Assembly: GCA_965216875.1 (NCBI GenBank)
Contig: OZ244207.1
Span: forward strand, 5,632,001 to 5,696,000
DNA length: 64,000 nucleotides
DNA from: Rubripirellula sp.
GTDB taxonomy: Bacteria; Planctomycetota; Planctomycetia; Pirellulales; Pirellulaceae
Direction of reading: 5' to 3'
Shown: positions 30,601 through 39,880 of the stretch, in pieces
How the letters are laid out: each line of letters opens with the position of its first letter
Position numbering within the stretch: position 1 is the stretch's first letter
The notes under the pieces: model-generated
Databases searched by the model: none
What the model was told of the DNA's origin: nothing
The model's input: only the letters and a program-made list of their open reading frames with translations
Translations under genes and position numbers: made by a program

Positions 30601-32930
30601 CTCTCACACATGACATCGCATTGACCGAGATGTTCGCTTGGTTGCCACTGTTGCGACCGGCGGCCGACCAAATTGGCAATCCACTGATCGAGATCCTTGC
30701 TGACACGGCCGATTCCCCTAGTCGCGGCGAACGCGCCGCGTTGTCGATAGCGAGCTTGTTTGCCGATGACGCCGACAGACTTGTCGAAGCGATTCTGATT
30801 TCGCCTCACCCCAATTGCTTCTTCCCCCTGGTGGATTCGCTTGCGACACATGGCGACGCCACAACGCATCTGCAGACAGCCCTCGAAACGAGCATTTCCG
30901 ATCCGAATCAGTTCTCGCAATGCGCACTTGCGGTTGCCGCATCTGTTGCCATCGATCCCGAATCGGAAGCTTGGAAGCACTTACAACACAGCAAGGATCC
31001 GTCGTTGCGTAGCTTGATCGTTTCCAACCTGCGACGCTTGCAACTTTCGCAACCGGTACTGCGGCGTCTTGCGGTGGAAACCGACGATTCAATCAAGCGG
31101 GCGTTAATTCAAACACTGGGTGCAACGGACCGACAATCGCTCTCGCCAAGTCAAACATCCAAAATCCGGGACGAGCTGTTGAAGCAATTCGCCGATGCCG
31201 ATCCCGGCATTCACAACGCTGCCTATCACGCGATCACCCAGTGGAAAATCGAAGTCGAACCAGACGCAGAGCTCGTTCCACTGGCCGCATCGCGCCAAAG
31301 GCAAGTCGACCAATACGATGCCGAACTTCAAGATTTGAAAGCCAAGCTCGAAGAGGCATCCAACGACGCCGAAGCGTCGCAATCGCAGTGGGAAACCGAA
31401 TTGTTGACCGCCGCAAGCAACAGAAGCGCCAAACCCATCGTCCGGTTCACCTTCGATTCCGAGCAGGCGCCTTTTTCAGACACGATCACCGAGGCCCCCG
31501 GGCGTCCTGTGTTTTCGAAAGACATTCCGTTGGTCGAGGGAGTCCTCGGTAAAGCGCCATCTTTGGATGGCGAAGGCGGAATCGAAACGGACATTGATTT
31601 TTCGCCCGAAATTGACCAGCCCTTTTCGTATGGATGCTGGTACCGCGCAGACCGAACGGGATTATGGCGAGCGCTGATGGCCAAAATGAACTCGAGCCAA
31701 AGTCGCGGCTTTGACCTTTGGCTTGATAACGATCACCCCTCGGCCCATATCGCTCATCGAGGTGACTATCTCATCAAGGTGGTGGCTGAAAACTCACTAC
31801 CGCCGCATCGCTGGCATCATCTTTTCGCAACCTACGATGGCAGCGGAAGACGAGATGGATTGAATCTTTACGTCAACGGCAAGCTTATCCCGACGCGTGC
31901 GCCGGAACGTCTAGGTGGCAAATCGATCAAGAACGATGTCAAGTTCCACATCGGGCGCCGCTTCAATGGCGCAGTCGACGCCGAACGCGCTGGGTATGAC
32001 GAAGGCTATCCGTTCGTTGGCCGCATCGACGAAGCGAGAATCTATGATCTTGAGTTGTCAGCTGGCCAAGTGCAGGAGATTTACGAACAAACGCTCGGTG
32101 AAATCGCTGGGATCGCAGCGAAAGATCGATCCGGTCAGCAAAAGGAAATCTTGAGACTCGCACACACGCGAGAATTCATCGAGCCTTCGCGTACCGCAAT
32201 TGTGGAAGCAAATGCAAAACGGCAATCGGCGCGATGGGACGGTTTGCCTCGCTGGTACTCAATCAAAGAGGGGCCAGCCATGGTGATCATCGCCAAAGCG
32301 TGCTTGCCCGAACAGGACGATTTTCCGTATCCGTTTGCGATGAGTCGTTGTGAAATCACGGGACGACAATTCCGTGCGTTCCGGCCCAGCTTTGGGTATG
32401 ACAACAACGCCTCGCCAAGCCCCGATTGCCCACTTCAACAGGTGTCTTGGAATGACGCTGCCGAGTATTGCAATTGGCTGACCGACCAGGAAGGCATGCC
32501 GCACGAAAAGTGCTTTCGCAAAAACGACGACGGTCATTTCGAGTTAGTTGACGACTTCGAAACCAAACTTGGCTATCGGCTTCCGACGCTCGAGGAATGG
32601 ATCTACGCCTGCCGCGCCGGAACCAAGACCGATTATGCGTGCGGCGACCTATTGAGCATCGGTGATGTCGTCAACGAATTCGCATCGAACATTTCGAACT
32701 CGCGCCACACCTACGTCGCAGGATCGTTGTTGCCCAATGACTACGGCATCTTCGATATGCATGGCAACGTTTGGGAATGGACCCTTGAAGGTTCTGTTTC
32801 CGGTCGAAAGCTGGTCGGAGGTGCATTCAACAGCCCTGCTCACAACGTTGATTGGATCGCAAGAACTCAAGCGAGCCAGGATTACCACTGTCCCTATTAC
32901 GGGTTTCGCATCGCCCGGCGCGTGAAGTAA
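27642..32930 (+). CDS. Multidomain Ser/Thr kinase: kinase, STAND-type NTPase, TM, helical repeats, LamG-like, FGE-sulfatase domain
   Basis: GKGGFG, HRDVKPAN, DFG; GPSGCGKSS and 'IIDQFE'; TM 'GVLLIITTALLVMW'; 'WHHLFATYDG...LYVNG'; 'RLPTLEEW', 'DMHGNVWEW'. Confidence 0.9.
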   Translation: MPSEDPFDKTRDETVQARRTERDKSATIPASIPKQIGRYRIDRRLGKGGFGTVYLAHDEQLDRSVAVKVAHRDLIADPSDAGAYLEEARIVASLDHPHIVPLHDVGSTNEVPFYSVSKYVSGSDLAVKLRRSQYAPHEAAALVATIAEALHFAHKHGLVHRDVKPANILIDEVGKPYLVDFGLALREQDASEEAFYVGTPTYTSPEQARGEGHRVDGRSDIFSLGVVFYELLTGRRPFKSSSQKELLKQVISLEARPPRQFNEHVPRELERICQKAMAKLASERYVSAHDMAADLRHFLSEHDTTEKKTPTAKKTKTLPIESTEAITASSAPPATIETPQATPSSTSFQSSDRRKIRIVPKGIRAFDSHDADFFLQLLPGARDRDGIPDSIRFWKVLIEERDAEQTFQVGLIYGPSGCGKSSLVRAGLLPRLSANIIPVMVEAAPKQTETRLLRAIQKQCPTLPRDSNLVETIKMIRTGYGPGSEHKVLLIIDQFEQWLHSEETDALAELIQALRQCDGERVQCIVMVRDDFWMAMTHMMRSLEIRIVEGRNSAAVDLFPARHAIKVLDAFGRAFGSLPDESEELSDSQREFLKEAVNDLATDDKVICVRLSLFAEIMRGKAWTIENLLAMGGAKGVGLAYLNETFSVSTAPPEHRFHQKAARNVLRALLPESGTNIRGHMRSFAELKAASGYDNRPKDFDELITILDTEVRLITPTDPESADSDDPSSVRETHHQRYYQLTHDYLVHSLRDWLTQKQRETRRGRAELLLDEATSIWNAKHEGRLLPSLSETMRIRTLTNKQDWTQSQHEMMQQATRRYMRQGCGVLLIITTALLVMWQINNRSRNQQLANAASMQVDSIASADTNSVLDLIAELESMRQYAEKPLDLALQKVEDGSREKLQLMLAMPPSSERNRYLVSQLPTATRSHFDLIMHAFPKEDVDFEPMWEVATNLEKPTAERFQACVAVAIRTPNDARHADVAPFVARALTHDIALTEMFAWLPLLRPAADQIGNPLIEILADTADSPSRGERAALSIASLFADDADRLVEAILISPHPNCFFPLVDSLATHGDATTHLQTALETSISDPNQFSQCALAVAASVAIDPESEAWKHLQHSKDPSLRSLIVSNLRRLQLSQPVLRRLAVETDDSIKRALIQTLGATDRQSLSPSQTSKIRDELLKQFADADPGIHNAAYHAITQWKIEVEPDAELVPLAASRQRQVDQYDAELQDLKAKLEEASNDAEASQSQWETELLTAASNRSAKPIVRFTFDSEQAPFSDTITEAPGRPVFSKDIPLVEGVLGKAPSLDGEGGIETDIDFSPEIDQPFSYGCWYRADRTGLWRALMAKMNSSQSRGFDLWLDNDHPSAHIAHRGDYLIKVVAENSLPPHRWHHLFATYDGSGRRDGLNLYVNGKLIPTRAPERLGGKSIKNDVKFHIGRRFNGAVDAERAGYDEGYPFVGRIDEARIYDLELSAGQVQEIYEQTLGEIAGIAAKDRSGQQKEILRLAHTREFIEPSRTAIVEANAKRQSARWDGLPRWYSIKEGPAMVIIAKACLPEQDDFPYPFAMSRCEITGRQFRAFRPSFGYDNNASPSPDCPLQQVSWNDAAEYCNWLTDQEGMPHEKCFRKNDDGHFELVDDFETKLGYRLPTLEEWIYACRAGTKTDYACGDLLSIGDVVNEFASNISNSRHTYVAGSLLPNDYGIFDMHGNVWEWTLEGSVSGRKLVGGAFNSPAHNVDWIARTQASQDYHCPYYGFRIARRVK

Positions 32931-33029
32931 GTGACTTCGCCAACCTTAGCAGCAGCTTTTCCTACTCGCCTTGGCCTAGCCTGGCGCGTAGGATGAACGC
33001 AAACAAAAGGTGGCTCAAGCAATGGCACT

Positions 33030-33989
33030 TTGGCTGTGGCAGATCGAAACAACGAAATCGCTGCGTTCACCAGCGACCAACTTCCCGACAACACCACTTA
33101 CGGTGCAACCGATGTTGGAAAAGTCCGCGCATCGAACCAGGATCAGTTCCTGATCGCGCAGCTGAACAAGTCGATGCTGGTGTCTTCGACCAGCTTGCCA
33201 TTAGAAACTCAATCACGCCTGTTCGGACGCATTCAAGGCCAAATCCTGTTGGTCGCTGACGGAATGGGCGGTCACGCTGCTGGTGAAAAGGCGAGTAGTC
33301 TTGCCGTCGACCATTTCATCAAAGAACTGCTCAACAGTGTTCACTGGTTTTTTCTCGACGAAGAAGACAACGAAGAAGAGTTTGTCGAGAACTTGAAGAA
33401 GCTTCTTCAAGATGCGCATGCTCGGATTCTTTTCGAGTCCGCGCAACACCACAGCCAACGGGGCATGGGCACGACCCTGACGATGGCGCATTTGATTTGG
33501 CCAAAGCTTTATGTCGTGCATGCCGGCGACAGTCGCTGCTATTTGGTTCGCGATGGCGAAGCCCAGCAGCTAACCACCGACCACACGTTGGCTCGCCAAC
33601 TTGTCGAAGCCGGAGGTTTGAAACCAGAGGAAGAAGCCGATAGCCGATGGAGCAATGTGCTTTGGAACGTGCTCGGCGGGCACGCCAGCGGCGAACTGAT
33701 CGCCGAAGTCCATCGTGCCGAACTCGAACCTGGTGACGCGGTCGTGCTTTGTAGCGACGGATTGCATCGCTATGTCGACAGCGAGCAACTAGGATCGGTC
33801 GTGAGCGAAAACGAGACGGCGGAACAGGCCTGTCGCCGTCTAATTGACCTTGCCAACGAAGCCGGCGGGGAGGACAACATCACTGTGATTGTCGCAAAGC
33901 CTAACAAAGACCGAACGGGTCAATCGACTTGGATCGAGGAAACCGAACGAGAAATGCTTGCCGCGGAAATCGAAACCATTGATGAGTGA
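33030..33989 (+). CDS. PP2C-family Ser/Thr phosphatase
   Basis: 'TDVGKVRASNQD', 'VADGMGG', 'HAGDSR', 'CSDGL', 'GGEDNIT'. Confidence 0.92.
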   Translation: MAVADRNNEIAAFTSDQLPDNTTYGATDVGKVRASNQDQFLIAQLNKSMLVSSTSLPLETQSRLFGRIQGQILLVADGMGGHAAGEKASSLAVDHFIKELLNSVHWFFLDEEDNEEEFVENLKKLLQDAHARILFESAQHHSQRGMGTTLTMAHLIWPKLYVVHAGDSRCYLVRDGEAQQLTTDHTLARQLVEAGGLKPEEEADSRWSNVLWNVLGGHASGELIAEVHRAELEPGDAVVLCSDGLHRYVDSEQLGSVVSENETAEQACRRLIDLANEAGGEDNITVIVAKPNKDRTGQSTWIEETEREMLAAEIETIDE

Positions 33990-34214
33990 CTTTCGGCCAC
34001 TGTGGCGTGTCTAACGCACGAGCAACGACCCGATCACCGTTTCGTCGCTGCCCCCCATTCGATCTTCCCTGAACCTACCTCCCCGTAACACTGTCCCCCA
34101 CTCGTGTTCCAAAACACTCAAACGGTCTGGCACTTCGGCTGGACCAGGGCCGGTCTGCCGATTCACCGTCCCGATCTGCACACAGAACAATGCGTTCTTT
34201 CGAAACTCTAAGGA

Positions 34215-35279
34215 TTGGCTGTGACAAAGCGAGCCATGTCCGAATCCATTGCCGAACTTGACCCCGCCGAATCGACGACGACGGGCGAGAGTGAATCTGC
34301 CCACATAGAGTCCGCTCGGCCGTATGCGCCGCCAGCTCCTCCGGCTGAAAGCAGCCACTCCAAGCACCAAAAGGGGCTTGTCGTTGGAGCCGTTTGCGGC
34401 GTGATCGCGGCCGCGCTTTACACAATGGCCAACATTGCTCTCCGCCAATGCGTGGGCGTCGATCCCTTCCTGGTTTCCGCCGTCAAAGCAGCGCCGACCG
34501 TGATACTTCTGGCGCCTCTATTGGCGTGGATGTCCGCAACCAACAAGACAATTGCAACCAGTTATCGGATGCTTCCGCGTTTTGTTTTCGCGAGTCTGCT
34601 CGGCCAAGTGGTTGGTAATGGCGCATTTCAAATTGCACTTGGCATCATCGGCTTAGCGGCATCGGTTCCAATCACCCTTGGTGTGTTGATCGTTGGCGGT
34701 GCGATCCTGGGACGGTTCATGCTGAAGGAACCGGTGACGGTGCGAACGATGGTTGCGATGTTCACGCTGATCGGCGCGGTCATCGTCCTTTGCTTGCCGG
34801 GGGCAACCGTAGCGCCGGTTGAATCCAACCTTCCAGTATGGGTTGGTGCACTCGCCGCAGCCGCTTCGGGCGCCGCCTACGCGTTCTTTGGCGTCTCGAT
34901 GCGTCAGACGTTGACCAGCGGTATGTCGGCAACGGTCACGATGTTCGTTAGCGGAACTGTCGGAACGATCGTCCTTTGGGGCATCACGACGCTGCGCGAT
35001 GTTTCCCTTGACCACTCGCTGGCTCAATGGGGCGTGATGGTCGCTGCGGGCGTTTTCAACTTCACCGCCTTCGCAGCTCTGTCACGATCGCTCAAATCCT
35101 TGCCAGTGGTCGCCGTGAACTTGATCAATGCGTCGCAAGTCGCGATGGCTGCGGTGGCCGGTGTCATCCTGTTCGCCGAACCGGTAACCGCACCTTTGGT
35201 GTTTGGGATTCTGCTGACGTTTGCTGGTTTGGGAATCCTTGCCAATCGGCGCAACCACCAAAAACCTGCCGAGGCCTAG
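34215..35279 (+). CDS. DMT/EamA family transporter
   Basis: ~10 TM helices; duplicated 'L.EP' motif. Confidence 0.8.
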   Translation: MAVTKRAMSESIAELDPAESTTTGESESAHIESARPYAPPAPPAESSHSKHQKGLVVGAVCGVIAAALYTMANIALRQCVGVDPFLVSAVKAAPTVILLAPLLAWMSATNKTIATSYRMLPRFVFASLLGQVVGNGAFQIALGIIGLAASVPITLGVLIVGGAILGRFMLKEPVTVRTMVAMFTLIGAVIVLCLPGATVAPVESNLPVWVGALAAAASGAAYAFFGVSMRQTLTSGMSATVTMFVSGTVGTIVLWGITTLRDVSLDHSLAQWGVMVAAGVFNFTAFAALSRSLKSLPVVAVNLINASQVAMAAVAGVILFAEPVTAPLVFGILLTFAGLGILANRRNHQKPAEA

Positions 35280-35288
35280 GTAAAAAAG

Positions 35289-35380
35289 TAACGCGTGGCG
35301 AAACCGCGACCGACGCTTGTTTGCGTTCGTGCTGCGCCCTGAGGCCAAGCACTTGGGTCGCCGACTTTCGCCACGCGTTA
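35289..35380. repeat. Intergenic inverted repeat between convergent genes (REP-like)
   Basis: TAACGCGTGGCGAAA / TTTCGCCACGCGTTA perfect 15-bp arms plus GCGACC/GGTCGC. Confidence 0.65.
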
Positions 35381-35420
35381 GGTCCTGTGGATCCTTGGTG
35401 GTTTGATCTTTGCAGTGCTA

Positions 35421-38282
35421 CTAGAAGAGCTGGTTGATTGCCTCGTCGGTTGCGTCCGCGTTTCCGTCGACATCAACGTTCTCGATCCCGACATCACCGG
35501 CGCCGCCGTGCAGTTGCATCACGGCGACTTGGTCGAAGCGACTGCGAGCGTTGTAGCTTGCGACGCCAATTTGTCCGTCGTCGATTGCGGCATCGAATGT
35601 GTGCGTGAGCTTTTCGTGGCCTTCGACAAGGAAGGTAAGGGTGTCGCCTTCGATCCATACCTGCAATTCATACGCAGGCCCTTCCTTGATCTCTTCATCC
35701 AACGTGACGATGTCCGAAAACTCACCGTCGATCGCTTGACCAATCGCCCAACGATCAGCACCAGCCCATGCGCCGGCATACTTGAAGTCGTCTTCAGATT
35801 GATAGTCAAAGACGATAAAGCCGTTCTTGTACAAGCCCGGCAAGGCGTCGGCTCGGACCGTCGTGTAGACTCGAGTCGCGGTCCGTTCGGGCAACAATTC
35901 GTTGTCCATCACGGCAACAGCAACGCCATCGTCGCCTGGCAACAAGTGCATTTGTCCCGCCACGAGTTCGGAGTCGCCCGCGACTGTTTCAAAGGCCCCA
36001 TCGTCTTGATGGTTGAAGTTCAGCGAATAGGCGTGGCCGCTGTCCACGACAGTCTTTTCTGTCAGAACGTTGACGACACCGCCACTGGTGCTGTTCTGCT
36101 GCAACAGTGCGTCCAACTCGCTTCGTGCGACGTCGACCGATTGGAAGGCGATCGACATTTCATGTGATCGCTGAGCCAGCGATTGCTTGGCTCGCTCGAA
36201 TCGATCCGACGCGTGTTGCTCGTCAACCTGAGTTTGGTGCAAACTTTCCCCTGCGGCACGTAGATTCTCTTTTGCATCAGCGACGTCTTCACCGGTTTGG
36301 CGGAGATTCTCTTCACCTGATCGCACGTCTTCACGTGCTGCCTCTGCAACTTGAGCGGCATCGTTGAATCGCTGCCGCGCTTCGTCAACTTTTTCCTGGG
36401 ACTGTTGAAGCTTCTCTTGAGCCTCGGCGATGTCCTCTTGAACTTTGTCGCCTTGCTCGATGGTCTTTTCCAGCTTCTCGATCGCCTTTTCGAGGTTCTT
36501 TTCGGCATGCTCGATCAGCTTCTCGGCGTTCTTGATCGCTGACTCGGCTTTGTCAGCGTTCTTTTCGGCCGTCTTGTAGTGGTCGATTGCGTCTCGAAGA
36601 TCACGTCGTGCCTGACGCCGTTGATCTCTTGGAGCATCCTCGGCAGCGTCTTCAGCACGTTCGACAGCGGCTTCGGCTTCTTCCAACTTGTTCAACGCGT
36701 TGTCATAGTCAGCCTGAGCTTGGTCCAGCTCGCTGTTCGCTTTGTCGAGTCCGCTACGAGCTGCATCAACGTTCTGGCGCAGCTTGTCCTTTTGGCGGTT
36801 GGTTTCATCAATATCCGCGGTCACTCCTCGGACAGAGCTTTCCACTTTGCGATGCTCTTTGAGAACGTCGGCCAGTTCCTTCTCTGTTTCCTGAACGTTC
36901 TCATCCGCCTCGGCGACCGCCTTCTTAGCGTCGGTCAATTGTTGTTTCGCGAGTTCGCTTGCCTTTTCAGCATCACTCAGCGATTTGTCAGCCTCTGATT
37001 GTTGGGTCATCGCATCGCGAACTGCTTGGCGAGCGTTGAGTTTGGCATCGTTGGCCGCGGTCAGTTCCTCGCCAGCGGCATTGAATTCGATCGTTGCTTG
37101 TTCGGATCGAACGATGGCTTCTTGAAGATTCTGCTCGGCGGCCGCCACGGCCGCGCCGTCTTGCCCGTCGATGCCGACTCCCGAACCGCCGTTGTCACTG
37201 GCAGTGTTTTGGAAGATGTGGAAGTTCGTGAAGTGTGTGAATGCGTATTCGTTTGCAAGTCCGACAGCACCTTGATCGAGCGGGCGATCAAAGTCGTGGG
37301 ACACTCGGAACACGCCATCTGCAGCAAGCGAGACATGAGATCCATCGACGGCAACGCGAAGGTCGTACACTTGCTGTGCTTCGACGGGCTGGTCGAGCGA
37401 GGCAAGGTCGTTAAAGTCACCATCGAAATGGCCGATCACCCATTGGTCTGCGATCGAGCGTAGACCGGCATAGATGAAGTCATCTTCGGAACGGTAGTCG
37501 ATGACCACAAAACCGTTCGCCCAAGTGTTCTCCTCGACCGTTTTTGCTTTAACACCGATTTCGTATTGCAACCCAGGTGCAACGTCCGTTTGGATCACGG
37601 TCAATCCGTTGTCGCCGCGTTCTTGTCGACTGTCACCACCAACGCCTTCCTCGTCGGCTTGCCAATCACCGTGCACCGGTCGAACGGCATCGGTCCAATC
37701 TTGATCGGGGATTTCATCCGTAACGTTGACGTCAATCAGAAAGCGGTCTTCGACGACGAATTCATTTTCGAAGTAGCGGATTGCCACCACGGCGACACGA
37801 TTGTCGATCACGTCGAGCTGCCAACCCGAATCAAATCCGGGATGAGTGATGATCTGTCCGCCGGCGTTGGCGCCTTCGAGAGGATCCGCAAAACGTCCGT
37901 CGGTGTAGTCATACGATCCGATTGCCGAAGCCCCATGTTCACGCCGAACGTAGGATTCAAAAGCAACGACGCCATGGTCGACGTTGAAATCATCGCGAGT
38001 GCCATACCGCACTCCCGTCACCTGCAACGTCTCGCCACGGGTCATATCGATCGTGACCGAAGCCTGTTCGCTGCTGAAATACTCGCGATCACCGACGGTC
38101 ACCCACAGACCCGTGATGTCAGCAAGGGGTTGGGTCGTGTCGACGGCAGGTTCGCTCTGGTCGGTCCCGATGTCAGCTGCGAGTAGCTGCCTTGACTCGA
38201 GAGACTGGAAGCGAAGTGAGCGCTGAAGCTGGCTCTTTGTGTTCGATTTACGACGACGCGTTCGCTTGGGGAACTTTCGCAT
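35421..38282 (-). CDS. Planctomycete extracellular protein: two beta-sandwich repeats flanking a long coiled coil
   Basis: 'FQSLESRQLLAAD' N-terminal motif; repeats 'NGFVVIDYRSEDDFIYAG' and 'NGFIVFDYQSEDDFKYAG'; long A/E/K/Q heptad region. Confidence 0.8.
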   Translation of the reverse strand: MRKFPKRTRRRKSNTKSQLQRSLRFQSLESRQLLAADIGTDQSEPAVDTTQPLADITGLWVTVGDREYFSSEQASVTIDMTRGETLQVTGVRYGTRDDFNVDHGVVAFESYVRREHGASAIGSYDYTDGRFADPLEGANAGGQIITHPGFDSGWQLDVIDNRVAVVAIRYFENEFVVEDRFLIDVNVTDEIPDQDWTDAVRPVHGDWQADEEGVGGDSRQERGDNGLTVIQTDVAPGLQYEIGVKAKTVEENTWANGFVVIDYRSEDDFIYAGLRSIADQWVIGHFDGDFNDLASLDQPVEAQQVYDLRVAVDGSHVSLAADGVFRVSHDFDRPLDQGAVGLANEYAFTHFTNFHIFQNTASDNGGSGVGIDGQDGAAVAAAEQNLQEAIVRSEQATIEFNAAGEELTAANDAKLNARQAVRDAMTQQSEADKSLSDAEKASELAKQQLTDAKKAVAEADENVQETEKELADVLKEHRKVESSVRGVTADIDETNRQKDKLRQNVDAARSGLDKANSELDQAQADYDNALNKLEEAEAAVERAEDAAEDAPRDQRRQARRDLRDAIDHYKTAEKNADKAESAIKNAEKLIEHAEKNLEKAIEKLEKTIEQGDKVQEDIAEAQEKLQQSQEKVDEARQRFNDAAQVAEAAREDVRSGEENLRQTGEDVADAKENLRAAGESLHQTQVDEQHASDRFERAKQSLAQRSHEMSIAFQSVDVARSELDALLQQNSTSGGVVNVLTEKTVVDSGHAYSLNFNHQDDGAFETVAGDSELVAGQMHLLPGDDGVAVAVMDNELLPERTATRVYTTVRADALPGLYKNGFIVFDYQSEDDFKYAGAWAGADRWAIGQAIDGEFSDIVTLDEEIKEGPAYELQVWIEGDTLTFLVEGHEKLTHTFDAAIDDGQIGVASYNARSRFDQVAVMQLHGGAGDVGIENVDVDGNADATDEAINQLF

Positions 38283-38597
38283 CAGTTCGTCACGCTTTCG
38301 TGCTGTGCCCCATCATGACGATTCTCGCATCAGCCTCGCGATTCGCTGCGAGAGACCGATGTGGGGTTCGATCGTGATGGTTGAATAAGTTGAATAGGTT
38401 TTTGAAAAGGGTTGGTGGCCTCGAGAAGAAGCCTCCACGGGAAACCTAGGTCAACTTTTGCCAAGTGCAGAATGAAATCCGGCTTTTTTGGCGATCAATC
38501 GAGAAAACCACGCCATCCGCACCCTGTTTCGTCTCCACTCACGAAAGTGGTGGCGTGATCCGAAACGTCTCTCCCCGACCAAGAAAGTCGATAACAC

Positions 38598-39302
38598 TCA
38601 GTCGATGGCGACTGGCTCGATGCAGGCAGGGTCTTCGTTTCGAGCGTTGTTGACGTGACGCGAGACAGGTGTCAATCGAAATGTGTCGTCGGCAGCGGGT
38701 CGAATCAACTCTTTCAGCGCAGCGACGTCTCGAAAACCAGGATCAAGCCAACGATCAATGTCTTGTTCACCGATCGTGACAGGCATCCGGTCGTGGATTT
38801 GCCCCGTCACCGGGTTGGCTGACGTCGTGATGACCGTGCAAGTGGTCACCGGCTCGGAAGCGGCTTTGCGATTGATTTCCCACAGCCCTGCCATCGCAAA
38901 CGGCGCGTCGTCAGGACGATGTATCAAATAAGGCTGTTTGCCGTCGACAACCTTTTGCCATTCGTAATAACCATCGGCCAAAACGAGGCACCGTCGCGAC
39001 GCAAAGGACCGCTTGAACGACGGCTTGCTGTCAACCGTTTCACCGCGAGCATTGATCATTCGACTGCCGATCGCCAGGTCATCGGACCACGAAGGGACAA
39101 GCCCCCAACGGAGTGCAGCTGGCTCTCGACTCGCCCCAACCTCGGGCTGCAGAACACAGACAACCGACTGAGTCGGTGCAATGTTGTAGCGTGGCACCGG
39201 ATCGGCCCCGATCTTGAGTGCGAGTTCACTCAAATCAAATTGGGGCAGAAACTGTTGGCACCACGCCGCAGCGTTGGTTCGCAAAGTGAATCGTCCGCAC
39301 AA
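38598..39302 (-). CDS. SOS response-associated peptidase (SRAP, YedK/HMCES family)
   Basis: N-terminal MCGRF, 'RYNIAPTQ', 'INARGET', 'GYYEW', 'HDRMP'. Confidence 0.93.
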   Translation of the reverse strand: MCGRFTLRTNAAAWCQQFLPQFDLSELALKIGADPVPRYNIAPTQSVVCVLQPEVGASREPAALRWGLVPSWSDDLAIGSRMINARGETVDSKPSFKRSFASRRCLVLADGYYEWQKVVDGKQPYLIHRPDDAPFAMAGLWEINRKAASEPVTTCTVITTSANPVTGQIHDRMPVTIGEQDIDRWLDPGFRDVAALKELIRPAADDTFRLTPVSRHVNNARNEDPACIEPVAID

Positions 39303-39880
39303 AGTCGTGAAATCCTGACTGGATCAAAGGCTGGGCCGCAAATCCGACCCTGTGGTGATGTTGCATTTGGCAACGATTGTAGCGGGCAGAGTGCCGCAGA
39401 ATGAAACACCTTTGATCGAAGCGGCACTGCCGCTGTGAACCAGACCGGTTGTTCCGAGCACAAGAATCCCCACGAAAACTTGAAAAAATGGCGATCGACG
39501 TCGCCTCCAACGTCGACCGCCACGGATCACAACATCGCCCGTGGGGAACGGGGATCCTGGGTCCGGAAAGTCTCTGATGCAAACCGAGTGCCAGAAGTCG
39601 GATTGTCTCCCCGAACCTTTTTGCCGATGCATCGTCATGTAGTGAGAGCCACATATCGGCTCACTTCGCTTCACCCCAACGCGGGAATGTTTCCATGTTC
39701 AGCTGCCAAGGTTTGTGGTGATCCCAAGGGGATCCCATCTCGATTGAAACTGCCTGCGATCTTTCCCTGTCGTGACGCGAATCGCTCTTTCGTGAGTCAA
39801 CACAGGGATCGTGTTCCCCGCGCTTGCCGCTCCTACTGACGCCGCGCGCTTTCGGAACCGACTGAAAAACGACGCAGGCG

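Noticed and set aside
35283..35383. Integron attC site
   Set aside because: GTTAGGT fits R' but the left end AAGTAAC does not fit RYYYAAC; flanking genes converge and no integron integrase is seen.
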